Below are positions 14,175-27,419 of a DNA stretch of 64,000 nt, in pieces. Positions within the stretch are counted from its first letter, which is position 1. Each line of letters begins with the position of its first letter. A model generated the notes under the pieces. It was not told the DNA's origin, did not search any database, and was given only the letters and a program-made list of their open reading frames with translations. Source of the stretch: Octopus vulgaris (Eukaryota); the NCBI GenBank assembly GCA_951406725.2, contig OX597819.1, positions 5,890,001 through 5,954,000 of the forward strand, written 5' to 3'. The position numbers and the translations under genes were made by a program.

Positions 14175-14537
14175 ACTTGTTTCAGTCATTAGACTGCAGC
14201 CATGCTGGGGCAAAGGCTTGAAGAATTTTTAGTCGAACGAATCGACCGCAGTACTTTTTAAAAGCCTGACACTTTATCAGTTTTGTTTGCCAGCCGCTAA
14301 GTTACAGGGTCGTGAACCCAACAACACCGGTTGTCAAACACAGAGCTAAATACACACACACACACATACATATATGACGGTCATGTTTCAGTCTCCGTCT
14401 ACCAAATAAACTCACGAGGCTTTGGTCGGCCCGAGGCTATTCTAGAAGACACTTGCCCTAGGTGCCACGCAATGGAACTGAATCCAGAACCATGTGGTTG
14501 GGATGCAAACTTCTTACCATAAGGCCACGCCTGCGTC
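14175..14537 (-). mobile_element. SINE family A, diverged
   Basis: Colinear with family A copies. Confidence 0.85.
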
Positions 14538-15304
14538 TATATCTATATTTTTTGTAAAATTGTGCTGGAATATATGATGTTTATAAATGTATTCGCTTGC
14601 CTTTAAAGCGTATGCGTATTAATACAGTTTGTTTTGTATAATATATATTTCGATCGCTAGCTTGTTACTAAAATATAGAAAAAATTATGATTTTATTTTT
14701 AAAATATTGCAAACTCAGAATCTCAGATGTTGAACGTGCTTTTTTTTATTTTTAAAGGTATCATAAAAATGTTATGGGATCTACAGGGAAAAAATCATAT
14801 TGAAAAATTTACTATCGGTCTTAATTTATTTCTTTTCCGTTGCATATCTATTTTCACTGAAATATTAATAGTAAAACGTATTAATATCCTAACTTATATA
14901 AACACACAACTACAAGTGTACAGAGATAAGAAATCATACTTTTTTGTCATTCTTGTTTATTATACGAACTACGATAGCATGAATAGTGGAGGTTTCAGCA
15001 AAGGGATTAATTATTGGAAATATATAAACGAAAGAGATGGAAAAAGAGAGAGAAGGCACTAAAACAATGATATCTCGCATTTTATGATTAAAAAAAAAAG
15101 CAAAACACAACGACAGCGAATTAAAATTAATCGTTTCATTGAAAAGTAACGCAATAACCACATTTTGTTAAAAATATATTAGCACTGGGAATTTTAAAAA
15201 TTATCTTGACAATGGAGAATTTAATAATTAATGTCTTGTAGTAAAAGTTAGATAATTCCAACAATTTAACAAGCAGCTTTCTTCTTTATACATAGTATAG
15301 GTTA

Positions 15305-15515
15305 ATGCGGCGATCAAGTAAAATCGTCAGCGATTCGGACAAAAGGCTTAGTGGCATTTCTTCCGGCTCTTCGTATTCTGGGTTCTAATTCCGCCGAGCT
15401 TAACTGTGCCTTTCATCCTTTCAGCGTCGATGTAATAAATACCAGTTAAATACTAGGGTCGATGTAATCGACTTATCCATTCCCTTAAAAAACTGCTGGC
15501 CTTGTGTCAAAATTA
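15305..15515 (+). mobile_element. tRNA-derived SINE, family B, short-tail form
   Basis: ggttctaattccgccgag..gcctttcatcctttc..gggtcgatgtaatcgac..ggccttgtgtcaaaatt. Confidence 0.8.
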
Positions 15516-15517
15516 TT

Positions 15518-15634
15518 ACCTCTGCCTTCGCTATGGCGGAGGTATTGTTTCAGTCGTATTTGCTTGTTTGTCCGTGGACAAGATATCTGAAGAACCGCTG
15601 GATGGATTCTGATGAAACTTTCAAGAATGTTTGA
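15518..15634 (+). mobile_element. Helentron/HINE (DINE-1-like) terminal fragment
   Basis: Inverted repeat acctctgcc..ggcggaggt, then gtttgtcc tract and gattctgatgaaactt; ends where the ORF1-only element's tail begins. Confidence 0.55.
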
Positions 15635-17280
15635 GTTCTTTATTACCTACAGCAGGCCAACCAAAAGGCACATACATCACATTGGGGACATAAAACGTAG
15701 AATATAATGAAAAAAAAAAAAAAATGTGAAATGAAAATGGTGTTACTTGTCCCATCAATTAACATCTCTTGCTTCCTTTTCTCTGTTCCCCATTATGTCT
15801 ACCCCATACCTTTTTTAAGTACTTTATATTCTATAAACTGTGGTAGTTTTTCTTTGTTAAAGTCTACTTTCCACAGTTCACATCTCCCTTTGTGTCTCTT
15901 TATTCCCATCCATTTCTGTTCCGTTATTAACAGAACCGTACCTACCACTCCATTACACTCTTCATTCTCTACATCAAACCTTTCAAACAGCAAAACAGCC
16001 AACGGGAGGGGAACTTTGTGACTCATTGTGTGAAAGTGTTCTTTTCTTGTGTTTTTGTGATGGGGGGGGGGAGTGAGAAAGCTTAGTGTCTGCAGGGCGA
16101 GAGTCGGACAAAGAGGGTATGGGTGGGCCTTGGGTAGTTGTAGGGTGAAGTCCTGTATGTGTTGGACTTATCTCTTTTCTCTTCTTTCTCTTTCCGGTAT
16201 TTTCCCATTCTTCCTCTTCTTTTTCTTTTTCCTGTTTCTACTGGTACCATTTTCTCCTCCTCTTGCTCATCCTGGGGCTTCTCTTGTGGCTTCTTCTGGG
16301 GATCTTCTTGCATTTCCCCAGCTTCTTTATCCGGTAGAGGGCATTTCGCTCTTATGTGGCCCTTCTGGCCACATCTAAAATAGCGAGGGATTCTGCTCTC
16401 TACCCATACATTCATAATGGTTCCGTTCACTGTCACCGTTTCAGCCATTTCTTCTATCGCTTCTTTTGAACGTTGAATAATCATATTCAATATTTGGCCT
16501 TTCCAATTCACACTTTTTGTTTTGTGGCTATCTTGTCCTCGGTACCAACCAAGACAGCAGCTGCTACCCAGGCCACATCTATCTCTAGTGGTATATTTTT
16601 CACCCTTACCCGAGACGCTCTCTGTCACAGGTACGTGGGTAGAAGTACTAACTCTTCGTTCTTTAGTGGTGTCGCCGAGTGTTTTTTCGTCGTGTTTTCA
16701 TTCTTGAACCTGACCTCAACTACTCCGAATATCGATCCTCTGGCAAGATATGTTATTTCTTGCCAGTTTGACCTCAGCGCCTCCTGTACTTGTTCTGTTG
16801 TCATATGGTCAATTTTTTCCTTCTTAATTGAGTAGGTTTTGTATGTCACCGTTCTTCCTTTCACTATTTTTGTTAATTCTTTCGGGGGGTGGGGTGGGGG
16901 GAGAGGTACTTGCACGTTGCAACCGTCCCAACTTAATAGCTTCTTGTTTTTTCCCCCATTTCGATCTCAACATTATCATCCGATTCTCGGGCGACGTCTT
17001 CGAACTTCATATTTCTTCCTTCCAGTACCTTACCCATAACTTCGATAGTTCTTAACAGTTCTTCTTCAGATGTTGACAGCTCCGACCCGCTAAGGTCTGA
17101 GTGAAACATTTTTTTACTTGCCATACTCCCCTCAACACGCTGAGGGGCAGTACAACCATACACACCGCTGCAACGCAGCACAAAAAAGAATCACAGTACT
17201 TTTCAATAAACAACAGGAATCTTGTACTTTCAGAGATGTTTTGCCTTGTGACTGGCACGAACTGATTAGATTTTGGGATC
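15635..17280 (-). mobile_element. ORF1-only (HAL1-like) non-autonomous L1/Tx1-clade retroelement, copy 1, frameshifted
   Basis: 5' end GATCCCAAAATCTAATCAG; ATG ~17124; motifs GVVEVRF, LLPTY and PRYFRCGQKGHIRAKC; no EN or RT; LINE-type 3' tail ending aataaagaac. Confidence 0.8.
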
Positions 17281-18880
17281 TGTTTCTTATTACCCATAAA
17301 GGGCCAACATAGAGGGACATATATTACATTGGGGACATACAACAATTACAAAAAATAAAATAAAATGAAGCGTATGATATAATGAAAGATGAAAAAATGA
17401 AAAATGAAAATGGTGTTACCTGCCTCATCAAGTAATATCACTTGCTTCCTTTCTTCTGTTCTCCATTATATTTAAGTTATACCTCGTTTTCAGTTCATAA
17501 AATTCAATACTCTGTGGAAGCTTTTCCTTGTCAAAGTCAATCTTCCACAGTTCATGCTCTCCGTTGGGCCTCTCTACTTCCATCCTTTGCTGTTCCGTTA
17601 ATAACCGTCCACTCCGTCCTCATCCTCTATATCAACATGAACCGAGTTCTCCCATTTAATTACCTTTTTAAAACAGGTCCTCATCATATATTATACACGT
17701 AAAACAGGGAAGGGGATATTTGTGAGTCATTGTGTGAATGCGATATTTTCTTCTGTTTTTGTGATGGAGGGGAATGGGAAGACACAGTGTCTGCAGGGGG
17801 AGGGTGGGAAAAAGAGGCTAGAGGTGGGCCTTGGGTAGCTGTTGAGTGAAGTTCCGTGGGTATCGGGCTTGTTTTTGCCTCTTCCTTCTCTTTCTTTTTC
17901 TCGCCTTTTTCAATCTTCCTATTTTTCTGGAACCCTTTTCTCCTCCTCTTGTCCTTCCTGGGGCCTCTCTTGTGTCTTCTCCTAACGGTCCTACTCATGT
18001 ATTTCCTCCACTCTTTTATCCGGTGGAGGGCACTTCGCTCTTATGTGGCCCTTCTGGCCACATTTGAAACAATGAGGTATTCTGCCCTCCACCCTTACAT
18101 TCAATATAGTATAGTTTACAGTCACCGTTTCCACCATTTCTTCTATTGCCTCATTTGAACCTTGAATTATCATGTTTAAAGCTTGGCCTTTCCAATTCAC
18201 GCTTTTCGTCTTTGTGGCCTGGAGCACCGCCATTTTGGCCTCAGTCTGAGTCAAGACAGCGGCTGCTGTCCAGGCCACATCTATCTCTGGTGGAATTCCT
18301 TCTACCCTTACCCGAGACGCTCTCTGTCCCAGGTACGTGGGTAGAAGAACTAACTCTTCGTCCTTTAGTGGTGTTGCCGCATGTTTTTTCGCCGTATTTT
18401 CATTTATGTACCTGACTTCGACTTCTCCAAATTTCGACCCTCTGGCAAAATATGTTATTTCTTACCAGACTGGCCTCAGCACCTTCTCTACTTGCTCTGT
18501 TGCCATGTGGTCAATTTGACCTTTCTTAACCGAGTAGGTATTGTACATCACCGTTCTTCTTTTCATTATTTTTCTTGTTTCATGCGGTGGGGTTACTTGT
18601 GCGTTGTAACCGTCCCGACTTAATAATTTCTTGAATTTGCCTATTTCTATCTCTTAACAGCTCTTCTTCCGATGTTGACAACTCCGAGCCGCTAAGGTCT
18701 GAGTAAAATAAATTTCTTTTGTCAGCCATCGCTAACTCTCAATGAGGGAAAGCACGAACAAATGCTGCAAAGCAGCACACAACAATCAAAACTTCACAAA
18801 AGCAATTCAACAGACAGAAAATACCAAGAAAAAAAAAGAAAACACTACATACTCGCACGAACTGACTAGATTTTGGGATC
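17281..18880 (-). mobile_element. ORF1-only (HAL1-like) retroelement, copy 2, head-to-tail with copy 1
   Basis: Same 5' end GATCCCAAAATCTAGTCAG; ATG ~18729; intact CCHC knuckle PHCFKCGQKGHIRAKC; tail ggccctttatgggtaataagaaac. Confidence 0.8.
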
Positions 18881-18902
18881 GACTGGTACCGGACAAGGAT
18901 CC

Positions 18903-20450
18903 TGGAATATTTTATCTTTTTTTTTTTACTTAATTTTTGCGAGCGGTCGGGTTCAATTTTTGTATTTTCGTTTGTGAGAGCAGTCGAGTTTATTTCAGAT
19001 ATTGTCATTTCAAAAATCATCTCTGGATAATCGATGAGAGGATGTTGCTGTTGTCGTTAGTGTATTATTGAGTTAGTGAGTTGGAAGTGTATACGCTCCT
19101 TGTGAGTTCCGTGTTTGTTTAACTGTTATTTGTTGAATTGTTGGATTGTTGTTACCTGTTGAACTTGTTACTACTTTTTAATTTTCTTCGCCATTTATGG
19201 GTGAAGTGGTGAATAATATGGAAAGTACACCAGTGCAAGCGGGCAGTTATGCTGCGGTGACTGGCAAAGGCCTGTCAGCAGAGGTACTGCAAGTTAGAGA
19301 AATTAAATTGAAGGAGAAAAACTTCAAGAAATATAATGATTTATTGAGAAAGGAGGGAGATAGCCTGAGGTTGACGCCTCCCAAGGAAGTGACCGAAAAA
19401 ACGGAAAAGAAAATAATTGTATACAGAATGTTGAATATCACAAGGAAAAAAGTGGAAATAGCAGCGGTGGAGGCGGTCGAGGAGTGCCTGAGAGAAGTAA
19501 AGAATATAATGACGTACAACACCAGAGGAAGGAAATACGGCGCAGTGGAGGTACGCTTCGTGAGTGAAGAAGAAGCGAGAAAATACTCTACTATGACTTT
19601 GAGATCAGCTGAGTGGGCACTACTACCGACTTACTGTGGCAAACGTGCGACCAGAGTAAGAATAGGTAGAGTGACCCAGAAACTGATGAGGCATGGCTGG
19701 TGGTAGCCATTCTCTTCAATACAGAGGAGGACACCAAAATATTGAAAATATCGAGAACTACGGAGGTGAACTGCTGGGGATATGGACTAGAGGTAATGGT
19801 CGATATAAGCTTGCCAGACCTCCACAACATTGCGGAAGAACTGGTACGGAACAGACGAAACAAGGTTAAGAATAGTGGTGGAAGGAAGACCGTCTGTATG
19901 TTTTCTTTGTGGAGTAAGTGGTTACACGAAAGCTAAGTGTCCCCAGAAACACGAAGAAGAGACAGAGTAGGAATATCAAGAAGAAGGTACAACCGTAGAG
20001 GAGGAGAAAATGTAAGAATAATATACAGTGATAAAAAGGAAGAAGAGTAATAAAGAGTCACCACCAAAAAGTCCGAGAAAGAAAAGAAAGGCAAGTGGAG
20101 AGGAGAAGTAGAGTGAAAAAAAAAGAAAATGCAAATGAGAAGAGAAAAATGAAAAGTCAATAAAAGTGAGGAACGAATGCAGAGACTTGCAAGGAGGAAA
20201 TAGTACAGAAGAGAAAGGAAAATGAAAGAGGGATGATAGCAACACAGAATGAGAGACAGGCAGAGATAGAAATGCCAGCGGCAGAGGAGGGGATTGGTGA
20301 GGAGAGAAGGAAAACCTGAGAAGATTAGTGCAATACACAAAAAGTGTAGAGATAGAGAAGAGAATTGCCAAGATGAAGAACGTTATCAGAGTGAAATTAG
20401 CGGTCAAAGAGAATAATGAAGGGTTAAAAGCTGTTTTGCTGGGAAAAGAA
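18903..20450 (+). mobile_element. Distantly related L1/Tx1-type 5' UTR plus ORF1, decayed
   Basis: ORF 19197-19706 has SYAAV, GAVEVRF and LLPTY; next segment reads EGRPSVCFLCGVSGYTKAKCP, then a K/E-rich tail. Confidence 0.8.
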
Positions 20451-20454
20451 AGAG

Positions 20455-20990
20455 GAGATAGTCCTCCCTTTAACGGTCTTTGACAGCAAATAGAGCGTCT
20501 TACAAGTGGCTTCGAGCCCTTCGACAAAAAGCGAAAGAGCTGTCTTTCCAACTTCATCAACCACGAATCCGGGCAAGGAACGACGGTTAGGTGGTAAGTA
20601 ATGACCGATGCGATAAACACATTGGCCACCACCGCCCTCCCTTTCAGAAATAACCACCGCCAAGACCAGGTCTTGACTATATGTGCCACCCTGCTCGACA
20701 CCTTAGCTCAGTTCTACTCTACTTGGAGGTCTGGACCAAATCAAACCCCCAGCGACTTAACCAGTCCATCCGTCCAACATCCTATGATGCTGTCTGAAGG
20801 CATCGACTTGCCCCTCCAGGTGCCGAGTTGCAAGCCGATCGATTTTTCTTGGTTAATTTTGCTCCTGTCACCGTCTCGTAAACCTCAATGGCCTTGCCTA
20901 CCTCCTGTAGGTGTTCCATTTTGGTCATGCTGATGGTTCTCCCGGGATGCCACTCAACTTTCGCAGTAACGGCTCAAGGGCTATCACATA
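20455..20990 (-). pseudogene. L1/Tx1-clade ORF2 fragment (end of RT and downstream region)
   Basis: Homologous to ~48480-49030: ggcttgcaactcggcacc, tggacggatggactggt, LKGRAVVANVFI. Confidence 0.85.
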
Positions 20991-20992
20991 TA

Positions 20993-21104
20993 AGGCGGCT
21001 AGCTGCCAGAATCGTTAGTACGCTGGCCGAAATGCTTAGCGGTGTTTCGTCTGCTGCTACGTTCTAAGTCCAAATTCCGCCGAGGTCAATTTCGCCTTTC
21101 ATCC

Positions 21105-21171
<67 letters not shown>

Positions 21172-21244
21172 GTATCATTATTATTATCATTATTATTATT
21201 ATTATTATATTATTATTATTATTATCATTATTATTATTATTATC

Positions 21245-21294
<50 letters not shown>

Positions 21295-21370
21295 CATTAT
21301 TATTATTATTATCATTATTATTATTATTATCATTATTATTATCATTATTATTATTATTATCATTATTATT

Positions 21371-21438
<68 letters not shown>

Positions 21439-21570
21439 TACTACCACTGAGGTCGACCTGGCATTTTCATCCTTCGGGGTTGATAAAATAAGTACTATTT
21501 GGACACTGGCGTCGATGTAATCGCCACATCTTCACCTTCCTCAAGCTGCGCATGTGGCAAAAATTTGAAA
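20993..21570 (+). mobile_element. SINE family B pieces separated by ~335 bp of (ATT)n
   Basis: Head 20993-21107, microsatellite ~21106-21440, 3' part 21447-21570. Confidence 0.85.
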
Positions 21571-21578
21571 TGATAATA

Positions 21579-21609
<31 letters not shown>

Positions 21610-21619
21610 TAATAATAAT

Positions 21620-21870
21620 TATTATTTTACTTTTCAGAGCTCTCAATCTTACTTGCTCTGGTTGATTTTATGAGAGTGGACAGCAGCCTGTTGTCAGAGG
21701 TCTCACAGGGTCTCTTTCAGCAAATTACAAGCTTTGGTACCTAGATGTTAACCTCTTGTGAAAGATACTCAACACGTAAGTGTCAAACTCAAAGTCCTAG
21801 CTGTCCCCAATAGAGCAATAGACGTGATTTCGAACTATTCTTCAAGGCTCTAGAGTTTCCTAGGTACAAG
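21620..21870 (-). mobile_element. R4/Dong-clade LINE 3' end, decayed
   Basis: Minus strand encodes IALLGTARTL, matching IALLGTAHILRR at ~50720; 3' UTR runs into ATT/TAA repeats. Confidence 0.55.
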
Positions 21871-24800
21871 CGCATGGAAAAATTGCTTAAAATATATTCA
21901 AGAACAGAGAGCCTTCAAAGAATTTGAAAGTCTGTCCATAAATTCGGATAAGAAGATAAATTATGCACATTTTTCACAACACTGAGGAGGTAGTTATGAA
22001 ACAACTCCCCCTCAAAGAAGGAAATTTTGAAAATGAAGACGACCATAATAAAAAAAAAAAATGTCCAGTAATATTGTTTAGCAGGACGAGCATGTTTTAA
22101 AGGAAAATAATTATGACATATTTATCGACAATGGCACTAATGAGGACAATTCTAGCGACTCGCTTTGCGACAACAATAGCAATAATAGTCTCCCACTTTG
22201 TTTCTTTTAAACATACACGAGCCCTGCTGAATGAAAATAACAATAGAAATAAGAGCTAAGTGACATTTTCGTCTTTTGCACACATAACTTGCATCAGGAT
22301 GTGCAATATAGAGGCACAAAACCCGTATAACAACTTCACGTGACTAAACTGGCTTATTTGAGCTCAAGAGTATTACAGAGGCTTGGAAGAGTAGGTAGGT
22401 AACTTATTTGTATTTTGCCAAAGCCACGGAGTTCTTTTTTGTGTTATCCAAAAGTGTAATTAGAGGCAGCCTTCTTTAATATACACAATGAAATCTCCTG
22501 CATTTGGCAAAGAAAAACCTGTACCACTGTATTAGTTGTTTTTAGAACTGAGGATGGATGTGTTTGTGCGAGTAAGAGTGTTTATGTGAGTGAGTGTGTG
22601 CTTATGAGTGAGTCTTTTTATGCGAATGGGTTTGTTTGTGTGGAGTGCGTTCTTATAATGTCGTTGGTTGTTGCTGAGATTTGCACTTTTGTAGATTATA
22701 ATTTACTGTAATTTGTTTAGGAATCTTAGTTCTGATTTCGAATACAGCTGGAGCAGATTTTGTATGCTGTACTTAAAGAGTTGATTAACTACAATTAATA
22801 TGCAAGTTGATAATAGTTTTTTGGATAAATTTACTTTCGTGTCTAGTTAAAGGAAATCATTAGTTTTTACTCTCTAAATGAATAAAAATCAATCTCATGG
22901 CAAATCGTGAATATGATTTGGGTTGCAGTTATTTGACTTCGTTTAATTTTATTGATTAAAAAAAAGTCATATCATGCATTTTGTGAAGAATAGCGTCGTT
23001 CTACCCATTTCATCAGGTTATTCAATTAGTTCGCTCCATTTTCTATAACGAAAGTGACAAGAGAGCGATTATACAACACAGATGTAATAATCACTTCAAG
23101 ATATTTTTGTTAGCGTTGCTGTGTACATTTTACAGTGATTATGCCAATTCTATTTGATAGACACCAACATTCCAATTCGCAGCTCCCACATCTAATCACA
23201 CATGGTTTTATCCACAGTTAAAAGAAACCAATAAATTTCGATCTTAGAAATGAATGTTATAAAGCAATGGAATGACGGAAACATTAGAATCTGGTAAAGT
23301 CCTTCTAAGTCCAGAATCCAATTCCGTTAAATGTCAAATTTACATTTCATTTTGAATCGACGAAATTAGTAGCGGTCGTTTTCTAGAATAATATGATTGT
23401 ATATCAGCCACTTTCCAAAATATTGTCTCCAAGCGATACTGTGAAAATACACGAAAGAACAGAATGCGTGACTTTCTATTAATAAATCCCAATATATTCG
23501 ACTCGATGTAGCTCAAAGTTAAGGTGCGTTTATTCCATATGATATGAACCTTATGTATATTAATTATAACTGTCCACGCATCTCCTCGTTCTTAAAAATA
23601 GCAACGTGAAGTTTCCTGGACATATGCCCTAAAGTTTCTCTTATCTGACGGTAGTATTTGATATAAATAGCTTAAAGAATTTCTAAGAAACACTACAGAA
23701 CACATTCTGATGTGGTTAATCTTCTTTAGGTCATCTAAAAATAGATCAGTCAAGCTTCGTATTCGCGAAAGATAAGCAATAAGTCGATTATCGTATTTGC
23801 TAAACCTGCATCTTATTTAGCGTCAGGTCAAGCCGACATATTTACGCTATAACATTTATTATTTGGTTTGGAATATTTCAACCATATTTGGTTTTCTATT
23901 TTAGTATAATTAATCGATAAATAAATAACACTTTGACACGGTACATAGGTTTAAGGGATTTTACCAAAATAGAATATTCTTTACGAAACTACTGAAGTTA
24001 AATTCTAATATACCTTGGCTTGCATTAACCCTGTTCTACGGCTTCCTCCTAAATCCTCATTGAATTTTAATCTACCAGACTCACTCAATTATCATTAATT
24101 TTATCATTGTTTTGATTCACGCCATGTGAGAAAATTTAAGCTCTGATTCGAATACACTTATTTTGACATTTGAATAAACTGATGAATGCATGAATGCCAC
24201 AAAATGGCCAGTTTGTAAAAACAAACCAAATATGCATAGAATGGTTGTATGTTTGGAAGAAAAAAATATGTGCTGCAGTTCTACTGAAACTGTGAAAGAG
24301 TTTCGATTCTTTGTTGAAGCCAATTCACAGTCTACGTTATTAACATATTCCAGGAAGATCTAAATCGCGAGCAATATATTTCGTGCGCTATTATCATAAA
24401 AAAATTGCGCCCTTGTGTCTGTATAAAAAAAATTAATTGTATAAGATCACTTAAGAACTGACAAGGATTTACTACGACCACATCTCTTTGAATGACATTT
24501 CGTTCCAATCATTCGCGATAGTCATATTAATAGTACTGCTTGCGAGAATACTATGTTTTGTCTTTCTCATCATACATAGTATTAAGTTTCAAAAAGATAC
24601 CACAATCACTTAAAGAAAAGAAAAAAAGTATTTATCCGCTAATTATCTGTCATCTTATTTCTTATTTAGCATCGTTTTCCAAATCCTGGCCACAAGCGAT
24701 TTGGTGTCCCAATTTGGTTTCTGTTGTGTTATTATCACTTTATATTGATCCACATTTCGTTTGCTTATTAAACATTTAATGACTGTTTTCCTTACTCCTA

Positions 24801-24929
24801 GACTGAGGCTTTGCACTGCGAATTATATTTCAGAGAATTGTTTGCTGCTGCGAAATATTTATTTAATATTCTATCGTTCATTCACCTCTTTTATAGATTC
24901 TCCACTGTCATTTTACCAGTATATCGATA

Positions 24930-27085
24930 ATGTATGTATGTATGTATGTATGTATGTATGTACGTATGTATGTATGTATGTATGTATGTATGTATGTATG
25001 TGTATGTATGTATGTATGTATGTATGTATGTATGTATGTATGTATGTATGTATGTATGTGTGTATGTATGTATGTATGTATGTATGTATGTATGTATGTA
25101 TGTATGTATGTATGTATGTATGTATGTATGTATGTATGTATGTATGTATGTATGTATGTATGTATGTATGTATGTATGTATGTATGTATGTATGTATGTA
25201 TGTATGTATGTATGTATGTATGTATGTATGTATGTATGTATGTATGTATGTATGTATGTATGTATGTATGTATGTATGTATGTATGTATGTATGTATGTA
25301 TGTATGTATGTATGTATGTATGTGTATGTATGTATGTATGTATGTATGTATGTATGTATGTATGTATGTATGTATGTATGTATGTATGTATGTATGTATG
25401 TATGTATGTATGTATGTATGTATGTATGTATGTATGTATGTATGTATGTATGTATGTATGTATGTATGTATGTATGTATGTATGTATGTATGTATGTATG
25501 TATGTATGCATGTATGTATGTATGTATGTATGTATGTACGTATGCATGTATGCATGTATGTATGTATGTATGTATGTACGTATGTATGTATGCATGTATG
25601 TATGTATGTGTGTATGTACGTATGTACGTATGTATGTGTGTATGTATGTATGTATGTGTGTATGTATGTATGTATGTATGTATGTATGTATGTATGTATG
25701 TATGTATGTATGTATGTATGTATGTATGTATGTATGTATGTATGTATGTATGTATGTATGTACGTATGTATGTATGTATGCATTATGTATGTATGTATGT
25801 ACGTATGTATGTATGTATGTATGTATGTATGTATGTATGTATGTATGTATGTATGTATGTATGTATGTATGTATGTATGTATGTATGTATGTATGTATGT
25901 ATGTATGTATGTATGTATGTATGCATTATGTATGTATGTATGTACGTATGTAAGTATGTATGTATGTATGTATGTATGTATGTATGTATGTATGTATGTA
26001 TGTATGTATGTATGTATGTATGTATGTACGTATGTATGTATGTATGCATTATGTATGTATGTATGTACGTATGTATGTACGTATGCATGTATGCATGTAT
26101 GTATGTATGTATGTATGTATGTATGTACGTACGTACGTATGTATGTATGTATGTATGTATGTATGTATGTATGTATGTATGTATGTATGTATGTATGTAT
26201 GTATGTATGTACGTATGTAAGTATGTATGTATGTATGTATGTATGTATGTATGTATGTATGTATGTATGTATGTATGTATGTATGTATGTATGTATGTAT
26301 GTATGTATGTATGTATGTATGTATGTATGTATGTATGTATGTATGTATGTATGTATGTATGTATGTATGTATGTATGTATGTATGTATGTATGTATGTAT
26401 GTATGTATGTATGTATGTATGTATGTATGTATGTATGTATGTATGTATGTATGTATGTATGTATGTATGTATGTATGTATGTATGTATGTATGTATGTAT
26501 GTATGTATGTATGTATGTATGTATGTACGTACGTATGTATGTATGTATGTATGTATGTATGTATGTATGTACGTACGTACGTATGTATGTATGTATGTAT
26601 GTATGTATGTATGTATGTATGTATGTATGTATGTATGCATTATGTATGTATGTATGTACGTATGTAAGTATGTATGTATGTATGTATGTATGTATGTATG
26701 TATGTATGTATGTATGTATGTACGTATGTATGTATGTATGTATGTATGTATGTATGTATGTATGTATGTATGTATGTATGTATGTATGTATTATGTATGT
26801 ATGTATGTATGTATGTATGTACGTATGTATGTATGTATGTATGTATGTAAGTATGTATGTATGTATGTATGTATGTATGTATGTATGTATGTATGTATGT
26901 ATGTATGTATGTATGTATGTATGTATGTATGTATGTATGTATGTATGCATTATGTATGTATGTATGTATGTATGTATGTATGTATGTATGTATGTATGTA
27001 TGTATGTATGTATGTATGTATGTATGTATGTATGTATGTATGTATGTATGTACGTATGCATGTATGTATGTATGTATGTATATAT
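24930..27085. repeat. (TATG)n array, ~2.15 kb
   Basis: Near-pure tandem repeat with recurrent variants tacg, taag and cattatg. Confidence 0.99.
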
Positions 27086-27097
27086 GTCTGTCTGTCT

Positions 27098-27132
27098 GTC
27101 ATTGTTCAATTTTATTTCAAGATTTCTTACCA

Positions 27133-27192
<60 letters not shown>

Positions 27193-27310
27193 GGTTTCTA
27201 GCCAAGACCCAAGGCTCCTTCATTGGAATTTCGACAACATCAACAGAGTATTTTTGCATGTATGTGGTTATATGTGCAGTATTTGGGGTCAGTGCATGTG
27301 CAGATTTGTA

Positions 27311-27315
<5 letters not shown>
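27098..27315 (-). mobile_element. 3' UTR fragment of the (CATA)n-associated R4-like LINE, with internal (AG)n expansion
   Basis: Matches 53178-53430: tcatt.ttcaattt..tttcaaga, ccggtt.cta, ccttcatt.gaatttc, gcagatttgtatgttt. Confidence 0.8.
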
Positions 27316-27376
<61 letters not shown>

Positions 27377-27419
27377 ATAATATATGTTGTGTATTTATGT
27401 GTATTTATTTACATATACT

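Noticed and set aside
15635-18880. LTR retrotransposon gag, or paired LTRs
   Set aside because: No TG..CA termini, PBS or PPT; each unit has an ORF1 and a LINE-type tail
24761-27377. ~800 aa ORFs (MYVC and HTYI repeats)
   Set aside because: Translations of the stop-free (TATG)n microsatellite, not genes
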